Below, piece after piece: positions 28,069 to 37,789 of a stretch of 64,000 nucleotides of DNA; the first letter of the stretch is position 1; each line of letters starts with the position of its first letter. The stretch lies in IMG/VR virus record IMGVR_UViG_3300044833_000182, positions 32,109 through 96,108 of that record; one strand, given 5' to 3'. The DNA comes from a virus. Below the pieces are notes generated by a model that did no database searches, was not told where the DNA came from, and saw only the letters and a program-made list of their open reading frames with translations. The position numbers and the translations under genes are program-made.

Positions 28069-29307
28069 CCTCACGGCTTGCACCGGAGGCTTGCAGGCAG
28101 TCTTGGCCGGATACATCGGCGGCAACGGCGACCCCTGCAATAGGGCGCATGACGACGCCCCTTTATCTCTAATGTTTCGAGCAGCGTTTTCGTCCGCAGG
28201 CGATTCATGACCACACGCACGGCACACAAACTGATCCCGACTTCTCCGGTTGGCCTTCTCACAGTGGCCGCATTGGGAGCAAGTTCGCGACGTGTTCCGT
28301 GGATCGATGAAGACCACGGGAACGCCAGCGCGAGCCGCTTTGTATGTCAGGAATCCCCGAAGCTGATGAAACGCCCACCCCTTGAGACGGTTGAGTTGAT
28401 CAGGCCCGCGAGCGGTTGTCCGGCTGCCGATTCCCTGGAGATCCTCCAGAGCGATCACGCTGCCGGTGTCTTTGGCCTTCTCGACGATGCACTTAGTGAT
28501 TCGATGGTTCTCGTTTGCCCTGAAGCGAGCCTCCTTCTTGCGGATCTTTCTGAGATGACGCCGGGCGCTCTTGCTACCGCACCTGTTCAGGTTGCGCCGA
28601 TGCTTCCCGTAGCGCTTACGGACTTCTTCCACCTTCGCCCCGGAGAAGACTTCTCCATCGCTGTCCACGGCAAGGTTTACCACGCCAAGGTCAACGCCGA
28701 TTACATCGGAAACGGTGATGGACTCGGGCGCTTCGTCCTTGATCTGGACGTGAAGGAAGTATCCGCCGTCTGGGCGCTTGACGAGCGTGGCGCTGGTGGG
28801 GTATTGGTCGCGAAGAGCGTCCCGCTGGAAGTCGCCGACCGAGGTAGCAAATCTTTCGCGGCCTTGCAGGAGTGTCAGGCCGAAAGTCCAATCATTTTCA
28901 TGGAAGCGAAAGATGCGAACGTCATAGTCGATGCTGGTCGGATTAAACATCGAGTCGCACCTATTAGGAACCTTGAGCGCCGTACAGGCGCGGGCGATGG
29001 CGCGAATGGTCAGGTTGGCGGACAGGCCGAATTCGGCCCGCACAGTGTGGTAACAGGCTTCCTGAACCTCGATCTTGTTTGTGCTACCGATGGCGCGGCA
29101 AACGTTCGCGATACGGTTGCAAGCAGCGGCGAACGCTTTGAGTGTGGCGTCAATCTCCAACGCCTGTTCGGCTGTGGGATCAAGCTTACAGCAGATGGTA
29201 CGCACAAGTTCCATGCGACTATTTTACCACGAAAGATGTCGCTTTACCATGTCGGTAGGCGACGGTTTTACCTACTGCCTAAAGGCAGTGATTCCCGGGA
29301 GTGGGAC
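28062..29307 (-). mobile_element. IS200/IS605-family (IS1341-type) non-autonomous element 1
   Basis: Right end CAAG-hairpin-TGAC ending at 28062; left-end hairpin ACTGCCTTTAGGCAGT; removing it restores AGGAGGGGGAC-GTGA stop/start coupling. Confidence 0.8.
28063..29214 (-). CDS. tnpB: RNA-guided endonuclease TnpB
   Basis: RuvC GVDLG / ALEDL / ADENAARNI; Zn finger TSRTCSQC..CRAC. Confidence 0.95.
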   Translation of the reverse strand: MELVRTICCKLDPTAEQALEIDATLKAFAAACNRIANVCRAIGSTNKIEVQEACYHTVRAEFGLSANLTIRAIARACTALKVPNRCDSMFNPTSIDYDVRIFRFHENDWTFGLTLLQGRERFATSVGDFQRDALRDQYPTSATLVKRPDGGYFLHVQIKDEAPESITVSDVIGVDLGVVNLAVDSDGEVFSGAKVEEVRKRYGKHRRNLNRCGSKSARRHLRKIRKKEARFRANENHRITKCIVEKAKDTGSVIALEDLQGIGSRTTARGPDQLNRLKGWAFHQLRGFLTYKAARAGVPVVFIDPRNTSRTCSQCGHCEKANRRSRDQFVCRACGHESPADENAARNIRDKGASSCALLQGSPLPPMYPAKTACKPPVQAVRS

Positions 29308-29775
29308 GTGAGCGCACCAGGTCAGAGATTCCCCCGCCGCCTTGCCATTGAGGCGGCAATTCGAGCCGATCCCTCCGCTCCGTTTCCCGTGATCATCGCG
29401 GAGGTAGAGAGGCAGATGCCCGCAGCGGAGCGGATTCCGAGGAAGATGGGGCCGCCGTCGAGTAAAGCTCCCGCCATCCGGGCGGCGCTGCTGGACAACC
29501 CCCGGCAGACAAACGACGAGGTTGCCCGGAAGGTGGGATGTCACCCGAGTTACGTCAGCGATATTCGTTCCCGCTTCGGGTTCCCGACCGTCCGTAAGCC
29601 GAAGCCCATCGGCAAGGTTCGTCGGCTTGCGGCGCAGATGCTCCTCGCGGAACCCATGCGCCGCGGCCGGGTGCAGGAGGTTGCGGACGCTCTTGGCGTC
29701 TCGCGGGGGTGCATCTACGCCATCTGGTTCAGGATCAAGCCGGCCGGCGCGGTTGACTTGCGGAGGGCGAAGTGA
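29308..29775 (+). CDS. Multi-HTH protein B
   Basis: RRLAIEAAIR, TNDEVARKVGC, VQEVADALGVS..WFRIKP..DLR. Confidence 0.7.
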   Translation: MSAPGQRFPRRLAIEAAIRADPSAPFPVIIAEVERQMPAAERIPRKMGPPSSKAPAIRAALLDNPRQTNDEVARKVGCHPSYVSDIRSRFGFPTVRKPKPIGKVRRLAAQMLLAEPMRRGRVQEVADALGVSRGCIYAIWFRIKPAGAVDLRRAK

Positions 29776-30122
29776 GTATCCGCAAACCGCGAGAGACTGA
29801 TTTGATCCGCCCCGCCCTGCAACTGCTGGCGATGCGTGGCTGCTTCGCGTGGCGGTCAAACTCGGGTGCGGCTCGCTTGCCTGGCCGCGGCGGCAAGCTG
29901 CAACTGGTGCGGTTCGGCACGCCCGGGGTGTCAGACCTCCTTGCAGTAGCGCCGGGCGGTAAACTGATCGCTGTCGAACTGAAGGCCGGGAAGAACCCGC
30001 AGACGAAGGCGCAGGCCGCGTTCGCGGAGCAGGTTGTGGCGCGCGGCGGGATCTACCTGCTTGTCCGTGACCTGGCGCAACTCAACGAGGAACTCGACCG
30101 CTTGCTCAAGGAGGCACGATGA
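29772..30122 (+). CDS. VRR-NUC / PD-(D/E)xK nuclease (resolvase-like)
   Basis: PGVSDLL..IAVELKAG....T.AQ..F. Confidence 0.88.
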   Translation: MSIRKPRETDLIRPALQLLAMRGCFAWRSNSGAARLPGRGGKLQLVRFGTPGVSDLLAVAPGGKLIAVELKAGKNPQTKAQAAFAEQVVARGGIYLLVRDLAQLNEELDRLLKEAR

Positions 30123-30448
30123 GCGTTTACGTTGACCGACTCCGGGATTGGGGCTGGCGGCTCGGTCCCTCATCGCACCTTATCACCGACGAGGGGAACG
30201 AAGTTCTTCACGCCTTCGCGGCTAGCATCGGCTTACGAAAAGCCTGGTTCCAACCGTCGCCGTCCGGCGTTCACTACGATCTGTGCGCATCCAAGCGACG
30301 TACAGCGGTTGCTCTGGGTGCAATCGAGCTGGACGACGCGTCCTTCCACGCGATCCTCAAGGCGTGGCGCGGCAGGGCGGTTGCCGCCGTCAACGCCGCC
30401 GTTACGGAAGAAGAAAAGGCCGCTGTCCGGATGCACCTCTTTCGCTGA
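30119..30448 (+). CDS. DUF4031-family protein
   Basis: MSVYVD..SHL..D..LHAFA..IGL...WFQ..HYDL..KR..A...GA. Confidence 0.85.
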   Translation: MSVYVDRLRDWGWRLGPSSHLITDEGNEVLHAFAASIGLRKAWFQPSPSGVHYDLCASKRRTAVALGAIELDDASFHAILKAWRGRAVAAVNAAVTEEEKAAVRMHLFR

Positions 30449-30460
30449 GGAGAACCATTC

Positions 30461-31204
30461 ATGACCACCACGACCACCGCATCTCGCCCCCTCCCCTGGC
30501 TCTCCGCCCTGTGCGACGAGGAGCGCTCCGGATCACTGTACCGCGAGCCGCACCGCCTGCCCGACGGCTCGCTCGTCGCCACGGACGGCCGCGTGTTGTT
30601 CCGCGTGACCGGACTGGCCGCCGACTACCCGCCGTCGGAGGGAGACCGGCTGGCCTCTGTGCAGGCCATCCTCGCCGCGCCGGCCTCGCCGCTGGGCGTG
30701 ATCGACGGCGCGGTGTTCCGGGAGTTTGTCGATCCCGCGTGCAGCGCGTGCAACGACATGGGCGTTACGGAGTGCAAGGAGTGCGACGGAAACGGCGTGA
30801 TTGAATGCGAGACGTGCGGCCACGAGGCCGACTGCATCGAGTGTCACGGCGATGGTCCCCGCGACGGCTGCTCCGTCTGCGGGGCCAAGCCGCCGCCGTA
30901 CGAACAGCGGCATCACCAGTGCGAGGCGGGCGGGCGGTTCTTCGATCGGCTGCTGCTGGCCAAGCTGCCCCGGGAATGTACGGGCGTCTTCCGCGTGGGC
31001 GAGGCGGCGCTGCCGGGCGGGGAGAAGTGGGTTCTCCGGCTGGCGGGCGAGAGCGTCATCGAGGGCGCGGCGTGCGCGTGGTCGATGATCGTGGTGGCGA
31101 TGGACCGGAAGGCGGATGGAGAGGTTCCGGCGCTGCCGATGCAGGGCGGCGAACCCCCGCCGTCCGGCGAGGCGGCGGGTGAGGGAGAGGAGGCGACGAC
31201 GTGA
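30461..31204 (+). CDS. Protein with DnaJ-like CxxCxGxG zinc fingers
   Basis: ATDGR; CSAC, CKECDGNG, CETC, CIECHGDG. Confidence 0.75.
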   Translation: MTTTTTASRPLPWLSALCDEERSGSLYREPHRLPDGSLVATDGRVLFRVTGLAADYPPSEGDRLASVQAILAAPASPLGVIDGAVFREFVDPACSACNDMGVTECKECDGNGVIECETCGHEADCIECHGDGPRDGCSVCGAKPPPYEQRHHQCEAGGRFFDRLLLAKLPRECTGVFRVGEAALPGGEKWVLRLAGESVIEGAACAWSMIVVAMDRKADGEVPALPMQGGEPPPSGEAAGEGEEATT

Positions 31205-32676
31205 AGGACGCGACGGCGGAGGATGTGATCGCCGGACGGGAGCCGCACGCGGTTCTTCTCGGGGACTGCTTGCAAGTGCTGCCAACGCTGCCGGACGGAT
31301 GCGCCGATGCGATCATTTGCGATCCACCTTATGGGCTGGATTTCATGGGTCGTGCGTGGGATCACGGCGTCCCGGGGATACCGTTCTGGGAAGCGATCCT
31401 CCGTGTCTGCAAGCCCGGTGCGCATCTGCTGGCGTTCGGCGGGACGCGAACCTTCCACCGCCTGACGTGCGCCGTCGAGGATGCCGGATGGGAGATAAGA
31501 GATACGCTTATGTGGTTATATGGATCTGGCTATCCGAAATCGCATGACGTGAGCAAGGCTATTGACAAGGCGGCAGGCAGAGTAAGTCATTCGGTCGTGA
31601 CATTGAAGCGCCGTCTCGCCGAACTGTTCGACGCCAGCGGCAAGCAGCGGAAGCAGATCGACCATGAATGCGGCTTTCGCGCCTGCAATTATCTCACATT
31701 GCCGGGAGAGGGGAAGCGGCCGGACCCGTGGGTCAACGTGCTGCCGTCTCAGGAGAAGTGGCAGACGATCAAGCGGGTGCTGGGTTGCAATGCTGACATC
31801 GCAGAAGAACTCGACGCGATCTACGCCGAGGCCGAGCGGGAAGTCATCGCGAAGGGGTTCCGAGTCCGCCTGTCGAGCACCGTCCAGTTTTGCGGCACGA
31901 GCGATGGCGAGTACGACATTACCGCCCCAGCGACCGCTGCCGCGAAGCAGTGGGAAGGCTGGGGGACCGCTCTTAAACCCGCGTGGGAGCCGATCATCGT
32001 TGCTCGCAAGCCTCTGGAGGGCACGGTCGCGCAGAACGTTCTGAAGCACGGGACAGGGGCGCTGAATATCGGGGCGTGCCGTGTCGGAACAGAAAGCACT
32101 ATCCGCAACCAGAACGAAGGGCCGACGTGGAGCGGGAAGTTTCAGGGCGGCAAACGGCTTAACGGGAGCGACGCAGGCCGCTGGCCCGCTAATGTCATTC
32201 TTTCTGACGATACCGAAGTCCTGGAGATGTTCCCGGAACGAAAGGTCTGCGCTCACGGGCCTGGAGTGAAAGCAAAAGGAATGTTTGGCGTGACAGCCGG
32301 TGCTGTGGCAGGCTATGACGACTCCGGCAGCGCCGCCCGCTTTTTCTATGTGGCCAAGGCGGACAAGACAGATAGAGGACACGGTAACACTCACAATACC
32401 GTCAAGCCGACCGCCCTGATGACCTGGCTTTGCCGCCTTGCGTGCCCCGCTGGCGGACTCGTTTTAGACCCCTTCGCCGGGTCAGGTTCAACAGGCGTCG
32501 CGTGCCGAATGGAGGGACGCCGCTTCATCGGGATCGAGGAGTCGGCGGAATATGTCGAAATCGCCCGCCGCCGTCTCGCCGCCTGTAACCCCGTCGCTGA
32601 CCTCGCGGACAGAACCGCCGCCCGCGAGCCCGCCGCGCAACCGGACTTGTTCGCGGCGCTGGAGGATACGCTATGA
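31201..32676 (+). CDS. DNA adenine methyltransferase, beta class
   Basis: ICDPPY; GYPKS; LKPAWEPI; HNTVKP; VLDPFAGSGSTG. Confidence 0.93.
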   Translation: MKDATAEDVIAGREPHAVLLGDCLQVLPTLPDGCADAIICDPPYGLDFMGRAWDHGVPGIPFWEAILRVCKPGAHLLAFGGTRTFHRLTCAVEDAGWEIRDTLMWLYGSGYPKSHDVSKAIDKAAGRVSHSVVTLKRRLAELFDASGKQRKQIDHECGFRACNYLTLPGEGKRPDPWVNVLPSQEKWQTIKRVLGCNADIAEELDAIYAEAEREVIAKGFRVRLSSTVQFCGTSDGEYDITAPATAAAKQWEGWGTALKPAWEPIIVARKPLEGTVAQNVLKHGTGALNIGACRVGTESTIRNQNEGPTWSGKFQGGKRLNGSDAGRWPANVILSDDTEVLEMFPERKVCAHGPGVKAKGMFGVTAGAVAGYDDSGSAARFFYVAKADKTDRGHGNTHNTVKPTALMTWLCRLACPAGGLVLDPFAGSGSTGVACRMEGRRFIGIEESAEYVEIARRRLAACNPVADLADRTAAREPAAQPDLFAALEDTL

Positions 32677-33014
32677 CACCTGGACGACTTGCAGAATTGC
32701 GTCACTGGCTCAAGATGTGTCGCGATGAATCGATTCCAGAATTGGAGTGGCAATCGGTGGTGCGCCAGTTGCTTGACGCTGTTGAACAGTTGCAAGCTCA
32801 ACTCAAAGAACATGCTCTTGACCCGGACATCCTGGACTGTGCGGCAGTCGCGAAAATGTGCGGAGTAGCCCCTCGCACGGTCATGATGTGGTGCGACAAC
32901 GGGCGACTCCGCTGCGAGCGGGAGGGGTTGACCGCCAACCGCGTCATCCGGCGACAAGACGTGATTGACTTCATGCACGAACATGGATTCGCTTTCGTGG
33001 AGAACGACCTGTGA
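32673..33014 (+). CDS. Protein with a C-terminal MerR/Xis-type HTH
   Basis: AAVAKMCGVAPRTVMMWCDNGRL..R.I.R.D...FM.EHG. Confidence 0.75.
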   Translation: MTPGRLAELRHWLKMCRDESIPELEWQSVVRQLLDAVEQLQAQLKEHALDPDILDCAAVAKMCGVAPRTVMMWCDNGRLRCEREGLTANRVIRRQDVIDFMHEHGFAFVENDL

Positions 33015-33127
33015 ACGAATCCGACTGGCTTTCCAGCGACACCCCCGCCTCCATGCTCGCCTTCCTGCTCGCCCCGAGCGGCACGAGCGGCGGCCGGGGG
33101 GCTGCGCCGCCGATCAGCGAGAGAAAG
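33011..33127 (+). pseudogene. Orphaned original 5' end of the 33756 gene, in frame with the HNH
   Basis: NESDWLSSDTPASMLAFL..ISERK matches [23 protein letters not shown]. Confidence 0.7.
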
Positions 33128-33256
33128 CAGGATGTATCGGCTAGCGTCGATTCTGAATCCTTTACGGATGGCGTGCGTCTAATAAGCGGGTCGGCGAGGC
33201 GTTGCGAGCGCCTGCCGACCCTGACCACAACCACCCTTCTTGCGAAAGGGCATGTC

Positions 33257-33766
33257 ATGGCTGAGCGTATTCCTATCGCCTTGCGCCCTACCTTTCAACC
33301 GCGCCCTGGCAACACCGGAGCCGCAGTCGCCTACCTCCTCTGGACGTTGGCTGGCAGCACTGTCCGTCTCGACGGCGGCTGCTGGGAGTGGATTGGCAAC
33401 CGGCACCAGGACGGCTACGGCTATTTTGAGATCGACGGTACGCTTTACCGCGTCCACCGTCTCGTTTACGAAGTCTGCGTCAGCGACATCCCTGATGGGT
33501 TGATGGTGCTTCACCGTTGCGACTACCGTTCTTGCTGCAATCCCGCCCATCTCTATGTCGGCGATGCGCTCGCCAATATCACCGACTGTCTGGTGCGCGG
33601 ACGGCACCCGGCGAGCAAGTTGAACAACGATGCCGTGCGTGATATCCGCCGCCGTGCTGCCTTGGCGAAGAACAGAAACTATAGCGCCCTCGCACAGGAG
33701 TACGGCGTTAGCTACGGTTGTATCAAGGACATTGTATACCGAAAGAGGTGGAAGCATGTCGATTAG
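33257..33766 (+). CDS. HNH homing endonuclease 1
   Basis: GCWEWIG..GYG.F..VHRLVY..VLHRCD..CCNPAHL..N..D; C-terminal HTH. Confidence 0.92.
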   Translation: MAERIPIALRPTFQPRPGNTGAAVAYLLWTLAGSTVRLDGGCWEWIGNRHQDGYGYFEIDGTLYRVHRLVYEVCVSDIPDGLMVLHRCDYRSCCNPAHLYVGDALANITDCLVRGRHPASKLNNDAVRDIRRRAALAKNRNYSALAQEYGVSYGCIKDIVYRKRWKHVD

Positions 33767-34766
33767 CAGCGAGACCGACTGGTTTTCTTCTGTCGATCCT
33801 GCTGCCATGTTGGCCCATGTTCATGGCAAGGTGTCGGACAGAAAGTTCAGATTGTTTGCTGTGGCCTGCTGTTATCAAGTTTGGCACTTACTCACGGACG
33901 AAAGGTCAAGCCGAGCCGTTGAAGTCGCTTCCCGTTTCGCGGACGGTGAGGCTACGGAAAACGAGAGATTCCGAGCTTGGGATACGGCCATATTCGAGAC
34001 GAGTGGTCTTGTCTTCGCCGCCGCCCGTTGCGCTGATGATGATGCGCACATACATCTGTCGCCCGGGATCGTTTGCAATGCTGTCGAGCAATGGTTTCCC
34101 TTCGCTTCACAAGTCGCCTTGCTGCGTGACATCGTCGGCAACCCCTGGCGACCCATCCGCTGCTCCTGGTGCGCGGGTGACGGGTTGGCGTCTCACGAGG
34201 ATGACGAGAGGAAGTGCGGCGTGTGCGGTGGAAGCGGCGGACTGCCGTTGCGATGGCTGACGCCCCTCGTGGTTTCGCTGGCGACTGCCGCCTATTCCGA
34301 ACCGTCCCCCGCCGACCTCCCCTGTCCCGCCTGCCGGGGCAAGGGAAGGCGACGCGCCGTACCTGTTGCGCCGGACAGCGAGCGGTCGTGTCCCGAGTGC
34401 GGCGGCAAGGGGCGGGTGGCGAATCCGTTTCCCGGGGTGCTCGACCCCGACCGGCTCGCCGTACTCGCGGACAGCCTGGAAGAGGCCGGTTTGTCGCCTG
34501 AAGAGGAATCGCCCTGCCCAACTTGCCGGCCATACCACAACGACCCGAGAAACCCCTGGGGCGTCGGCCCCGGCTATCACCCCGAGCGCGATCCAGCAAG
34601 CGGCCGGCACGAGGGGGCATGGACGAATTGCAAGACGTGCAACAGCCGGGGCGGGAATCACGCCGGAACCGTCCGCAAGCCGTCCAGGCTTCTGACTCAT
34701 CTTCGCGAGCCGGGGCCGCACGTAAAAGGTTGTCACGTCATCGACGCGCTGCTCGGAAAGGAGTGA
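33756..34766 (+). CDS. Gemmataceae-expanded family protein with three inserted zinc fingers
   Basis: [58 protein letters not shown]. Confidence 0.85.
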   Translation: MSISSETDWFSSVDPAAMLAHVHGKVSDRKFRLFAVACCYQVWHLLTDERSSRAVEVASRFADGEATENERFRAWDTAIFETSGLVFAAARCADDDAHIHLSPGIVCNAVEQWFPFASQVALLRDIVGNPWRPIRCSWCAGDGLASHEDDERKCGVCGGSGGLPLRWLTPLVVSLATAAYSEPSPADLPCPACRGKGRRRAVPVAPDSERSCPECGGKGRVANPFPGVLDPDRLAVLADSLEEAGLSPEEESPCPTCRPYHNDPRNPWGVGPGYHPERDPASGRHEGAWTNCKTCNSRGGNHAGTVRKPSRLLTHLREPGPHVKGCHVIDALLGKE

Positions 34767-35257
34767 TCGTGAAGGCGCTTTTCCTAGACGTTGACGGAGT
34801 TCTTAACGGGCATGAAAAACACCCCTCCAGCCCGTACACAATCATCCGCCCCGACTGCGTCCAGCGGCTCAACCGGGTAATCGAGGCGACCCATTGCCAG
34901 CTCGTTATCTCGTCGGCGTGGCGGTACATGCTGCTGCGCGTGAAGGGCCGCAAGCCCGCAATGACGCCCTACGGGTTTCAGTACATGCTGCACACGCACG
35001 GGCTGGTCTTCTGGGCGCACGGCTGCAAGGTGGTCGGCTTTACCTGTGCCGACGAGAAGATCCCCGAACGCGGTAAGCAGATCCTGGCGTGGCTGGCCGA
35101 GCATCCCGAAGTCGAGCGGTGGGCCGTCGTGGACGACGATCCGATGGCGATGGAGTTGGGGAAGCATCGGCGGCGGCTGGTGCGGACGGACGGGGCGAAG
35201 GGACTGCAAGACGCCGATGTGGTGAAGCTGATTCGGCTGCTGGGAAAGGAGAAATAA
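34763..35257 (+). CDS. HAD-superfamily phosphatase (RNA-repair 'Swiss army knife' type)
   Basis: [25 protein letters not shown]. Confidence 0.88.
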   Translation: MIVKALFLDVDGVLNGHEKHPSSPYTIIRPDCVQRLNRVIEATHCQLVISSAWRYMLLRVKGRKPAMTPYGFQYMLHTHGLVFWAHGCKVVGFTCADEKIPERGKQILAWLAEHPEVERWAVVDDDPMAMELGKHRRRLVRTDGAKGLQDADVVKLIRLLGKEK

Positions 35258-35481
35258 CGATGAGTTTTCGCGATGAATGGTGGGCTCGTCAGGTTCGCTG
35301 TCCGAGCGTCAGTCTTGATGGGCTGCGCTGCGGGCTGGAAAAAGGTCACGACGGGGAGCATTCCGCTCTGATCGAGACGGGCGCTCCGTGGGAAAACGAC
35401 GGCGTCAAGCTGCTGCCGGCTGTGAAGAAGCCGCGCAAGAAGAAGGACGGTGCATCGTGAGCATGCCTATGAGGAGGGTTC

Positions 35482-35859
35482 TTGATGCCGCGCAACTCAC
35501 AAGGTGAAATGTTCCTGCGATCCTGCCTTGCCGAGCCGGGAGAAAGCCTGCATCGGTTCGCGCTCGAGGACTGGCTCAATGAGGGTGGCCGATTCGGGGA
35601 GGGACTCCGCAATCCGGGAAAATGGCTGATCGAGTATCGCGGGAATCATTCCCGATGGGCTCTCCTGTGGCTCTATAAGATTCTGGGCCAGTATGGCGAG
35701 CGCTGGATTGCCACGCTCTCCCGCGTCGAACTGCCTCGCTGTGTGACCTGTGGGGCACGCGCCTACTGGAGTTTCGCCCCGACCTGGCATTGGGTCTGCG
35801 ACCGCGATAGCTGCCTTCACAGCGCCAAACTGGAGCCGAAGGAGGAAAACCCATCGTGA
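35482..35859 (+). CDS. Degenerate TIGR02996-like protein with a Zn finger
   Basis: FLRSCLAEPGESLHRFALEDWLNEGG; CVTC..C...C. Confidence 0.55.
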   Translation: MMPRNSQGEMFLRSCLAEPGESLHRFALEDWLNEGGRFGEGLRNPGKWLIEYRGNHSRWALLWLYKILGQYGERWIATLSRVELPRCVTCGARAYWSFAPTWHWVCDRDSCLHSAKLEPKEENPS

Positions 35860-36074
35860 AGACAACTCGACTCGCCCTGATTTTCTTGTTCGTCACCGTC
35901 TTTGTCTTTGGCTACACCGTGGACCGCTGGCAGCTCGGCCGGCGCATCGACCGGCTGGCGGAGCGGCAAGAGATTCAGTCCACGATTATTCGCCTTTATG
36001 GGGAGCAAATACTCGAACTGGAGAATCGCGCCCATGTTCACCACCTGGAAGGGAAGAAGGAGCCTCCTCGATGA
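35856..36074 (+). CDS. Small membrane-anchored protein
   Basis: N-terminal hydrophobic helix followed by coiled coil. Confidence 0.55.
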   Translation: MKTTRLALIFLFVTVFVFGYTVDRWQLGRRIDRLAERQEIQSTIIRLYGEQILELENRAHVHHLEGKKEPPR

Positions 36075-36285
36075 GTGACCGTGACGATGTGCCGCTGACA
36101 ACCTGGTACAGCGGCAAACTCCTGCTGATTGACGACGCCGATTGGGTCGTTCTCCCCTGTGTTTGTGGTCACGCGAAGGCGGCACACGAAGGCCACACGC
36201 ACGCGGTGGGGACGGAGCCGCCGAGTCATTGCTCGCAGGGGTGCGGGTGTCGGGAATACGGGCCAGAGAAGAGGAAGGTGCAACC

Positions 36286-36864
36286 GTGAGCGAACCGATT
36301 TCGGAAGTCTGCCTCGCCGAAGCCCGCGAGGCGGCGGCGCGGATGGCGGGATGGCGCTGGGAGGCGGTGCCGGCACCGGAAATGCCGTCTTGCTCCAGCT
36401 TTTTCGCTGTGCGGGCGGGTGGGGAGCGGATTGTCTTAGTACAAAACTATCCATTCCAGACCCAGCACGCCCACCACGCCGCACTGGCCGAGAACCTGCT
36501 GCCGCTGCTGCTGGCGGCGGTGGAGGAGCGGGATGGGTTGCTGTGGCGAATGACCGACAGCGAGGCGTATCAGTTGGGACAGGAAACCGAGCGGCGCGCC
36601 GTGCTGGACGTGATCCACACACTGAACCCTGGCAGCGGCGTGGCGATGGCCGATCTGGAGTTCCACGTCACCCGTGAGCGCGGCGTCATCCGCGAGCCGC
36701 TGCCGCCGGAGCAGGCTCGCCGTGAATTGGATCGGCTGCGCGCCGCCGTCCGCAAGCTGGCCGAGATGTTCACCCCGCTTGACGAACCCACGCGCGCCGG
36801 CCTCATCGCTCGCATCGGCGAGACCGAGAAGTTTGTACGGCAACTGGCGGAGACTGTTCGATGA
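36286..36864 (+). CDS. Hypothetical protein
   Basis: GTGA coupling. Confidence 0.55.
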   Translation: MSEPISEVCLAEAREAAARMAGWRWEAVPAPEMPSCSSFFAVRAGGERIVLVQNYPFQTQHAHHAALAENLLPLLLAAVEERDGLLWRMTDSEAYQLGQETERRAVLDVIHTLNPGSGVAMADLEFHVTRERGVIREPLPPEQARRELDRLRAAVRKLAEMFTPLDEPTRAGLIARIGETEKFVRQLAETVR

Positions 36865-37070
36865 AGCATCCCGCGCTCTACCAACCCGGCGACAAGGTCA
36901 AGGTGCTGTTCGCCTGTAAGTGGCGTCCGGCCACCGTGCTTCGCTCGTTCGAGTGGCCCGATGGGTGGGGCAACACCTGTACGTCCTACGTCGTGCGGCT
37001 GCGCGGCGGGACGGGTGAGAACAACGAGATTAGTTGCGGGCCGAACTCGCTGAGAAGGGGCAAACCATGA
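36861..37070 (+). CDS. Small SH3/Tudor-like protein
   Basis: YQPGDKVKV..WRPATV..YVVRL. Confidence 0.6.
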   Translation: MKHPALYQPGDKVKVLFACKWRPATVLRSFEWPDGWGNTCTSYVVRLRGGTGENNEISCGPNSLRRGKP

Positions 37071-37789
37071 TCGCCACCACCGCTGACGCCTTGCTCCTTG
37101 ACGTGCTGCTCGCGCCGGAGGAAGACTGGCCGCGTTTGATCCTCGCCGACTGGCTGGCGGACAATGGGGACGTGGACCGCGGCGAATTCATCCGCTGCCA
37201 GATCAGCATGGAAGCGATGACGGACGACGAGTGCAGCCAGTGTCGGGCGCGGCGAACGGGCGGCCAGCACACGAACGGCCCCTGCCGGTGTTCCGCGAGG
37301 CTGAAGGCGGCGAAGCAGCGAGAGTACGGCCTTGCCTTTCGGCACATCGTCGAGTGGTCCGGGAACCTTCCCGGGCTGCTGTCGATCCCGGCCGAGAACC
37401 TGATGGAGTTCCGCGATCCCGCCCCGTGGAGGTTCCGCCGCGGCTTCATCGATCACGTCGACCTGCCCCTCGCGGCGTTCATGGCGGAGGGCGCGGCCGC
37501 GAAGATCTTCGCGGCGCACCCGGTGCGGAGCGTGCGGCTGGTGGACAGGGAGCCGCGGTGCTCCGGAACGATTCAGTTCGGCTGGTGGAACGACGACCGC
37601 GCTCCGGCTCAAGATCCTACCGATCCTGACGACCTTCCCGGAGGGCTCTGGCATCTGCTGCCCGCCGCGAACACTGGCAGCGGTTCCGGCTGGATTTGGT
37701 ACGCCACGACCGACGCCGCCCACGCGGACCTGTCGGCGGCGGCTGTGCGGTATGGGCGACGGGCCGCGGGACTGGAGGGCAAGCCATGA
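37067..37789 (+). CDS. TIGR02996-type domain protein
   Basis: LLLDVLLAPEEDWPRLILADWLADNGDVDRGEFIRCQI; FRRGFI..HPVRSVRL. Confidence 0.88.
   Translation: MIATTADALLLDVLLAPEEDWPRLILADWLADNGDVDRGEFIRCQISMEAMTDDECSQCRARRTGGQHTNGPCRCSARLKAAKQREYGLAFRHIVEWSGNLPGLLSIPAENLMEFRDPAPWRFRRGFIDHVDLPLAAFMAEGAAAKIFAAHPVRSVRLVDREPRCSGTIQFGWWNDDRAPAQDPTDPDDLPGGLWHLLPAANTGSGSGWIWYATTDAAHADLSAAAVRYGRRAAGLEGKP

Noticed and set aside
28207-29307. N-terminal ~367 aa of the 522-aa plus-strand ORF 28207-29775
   Set aside because: Antisense to tnpB; the real gene starts at GTG 29308.
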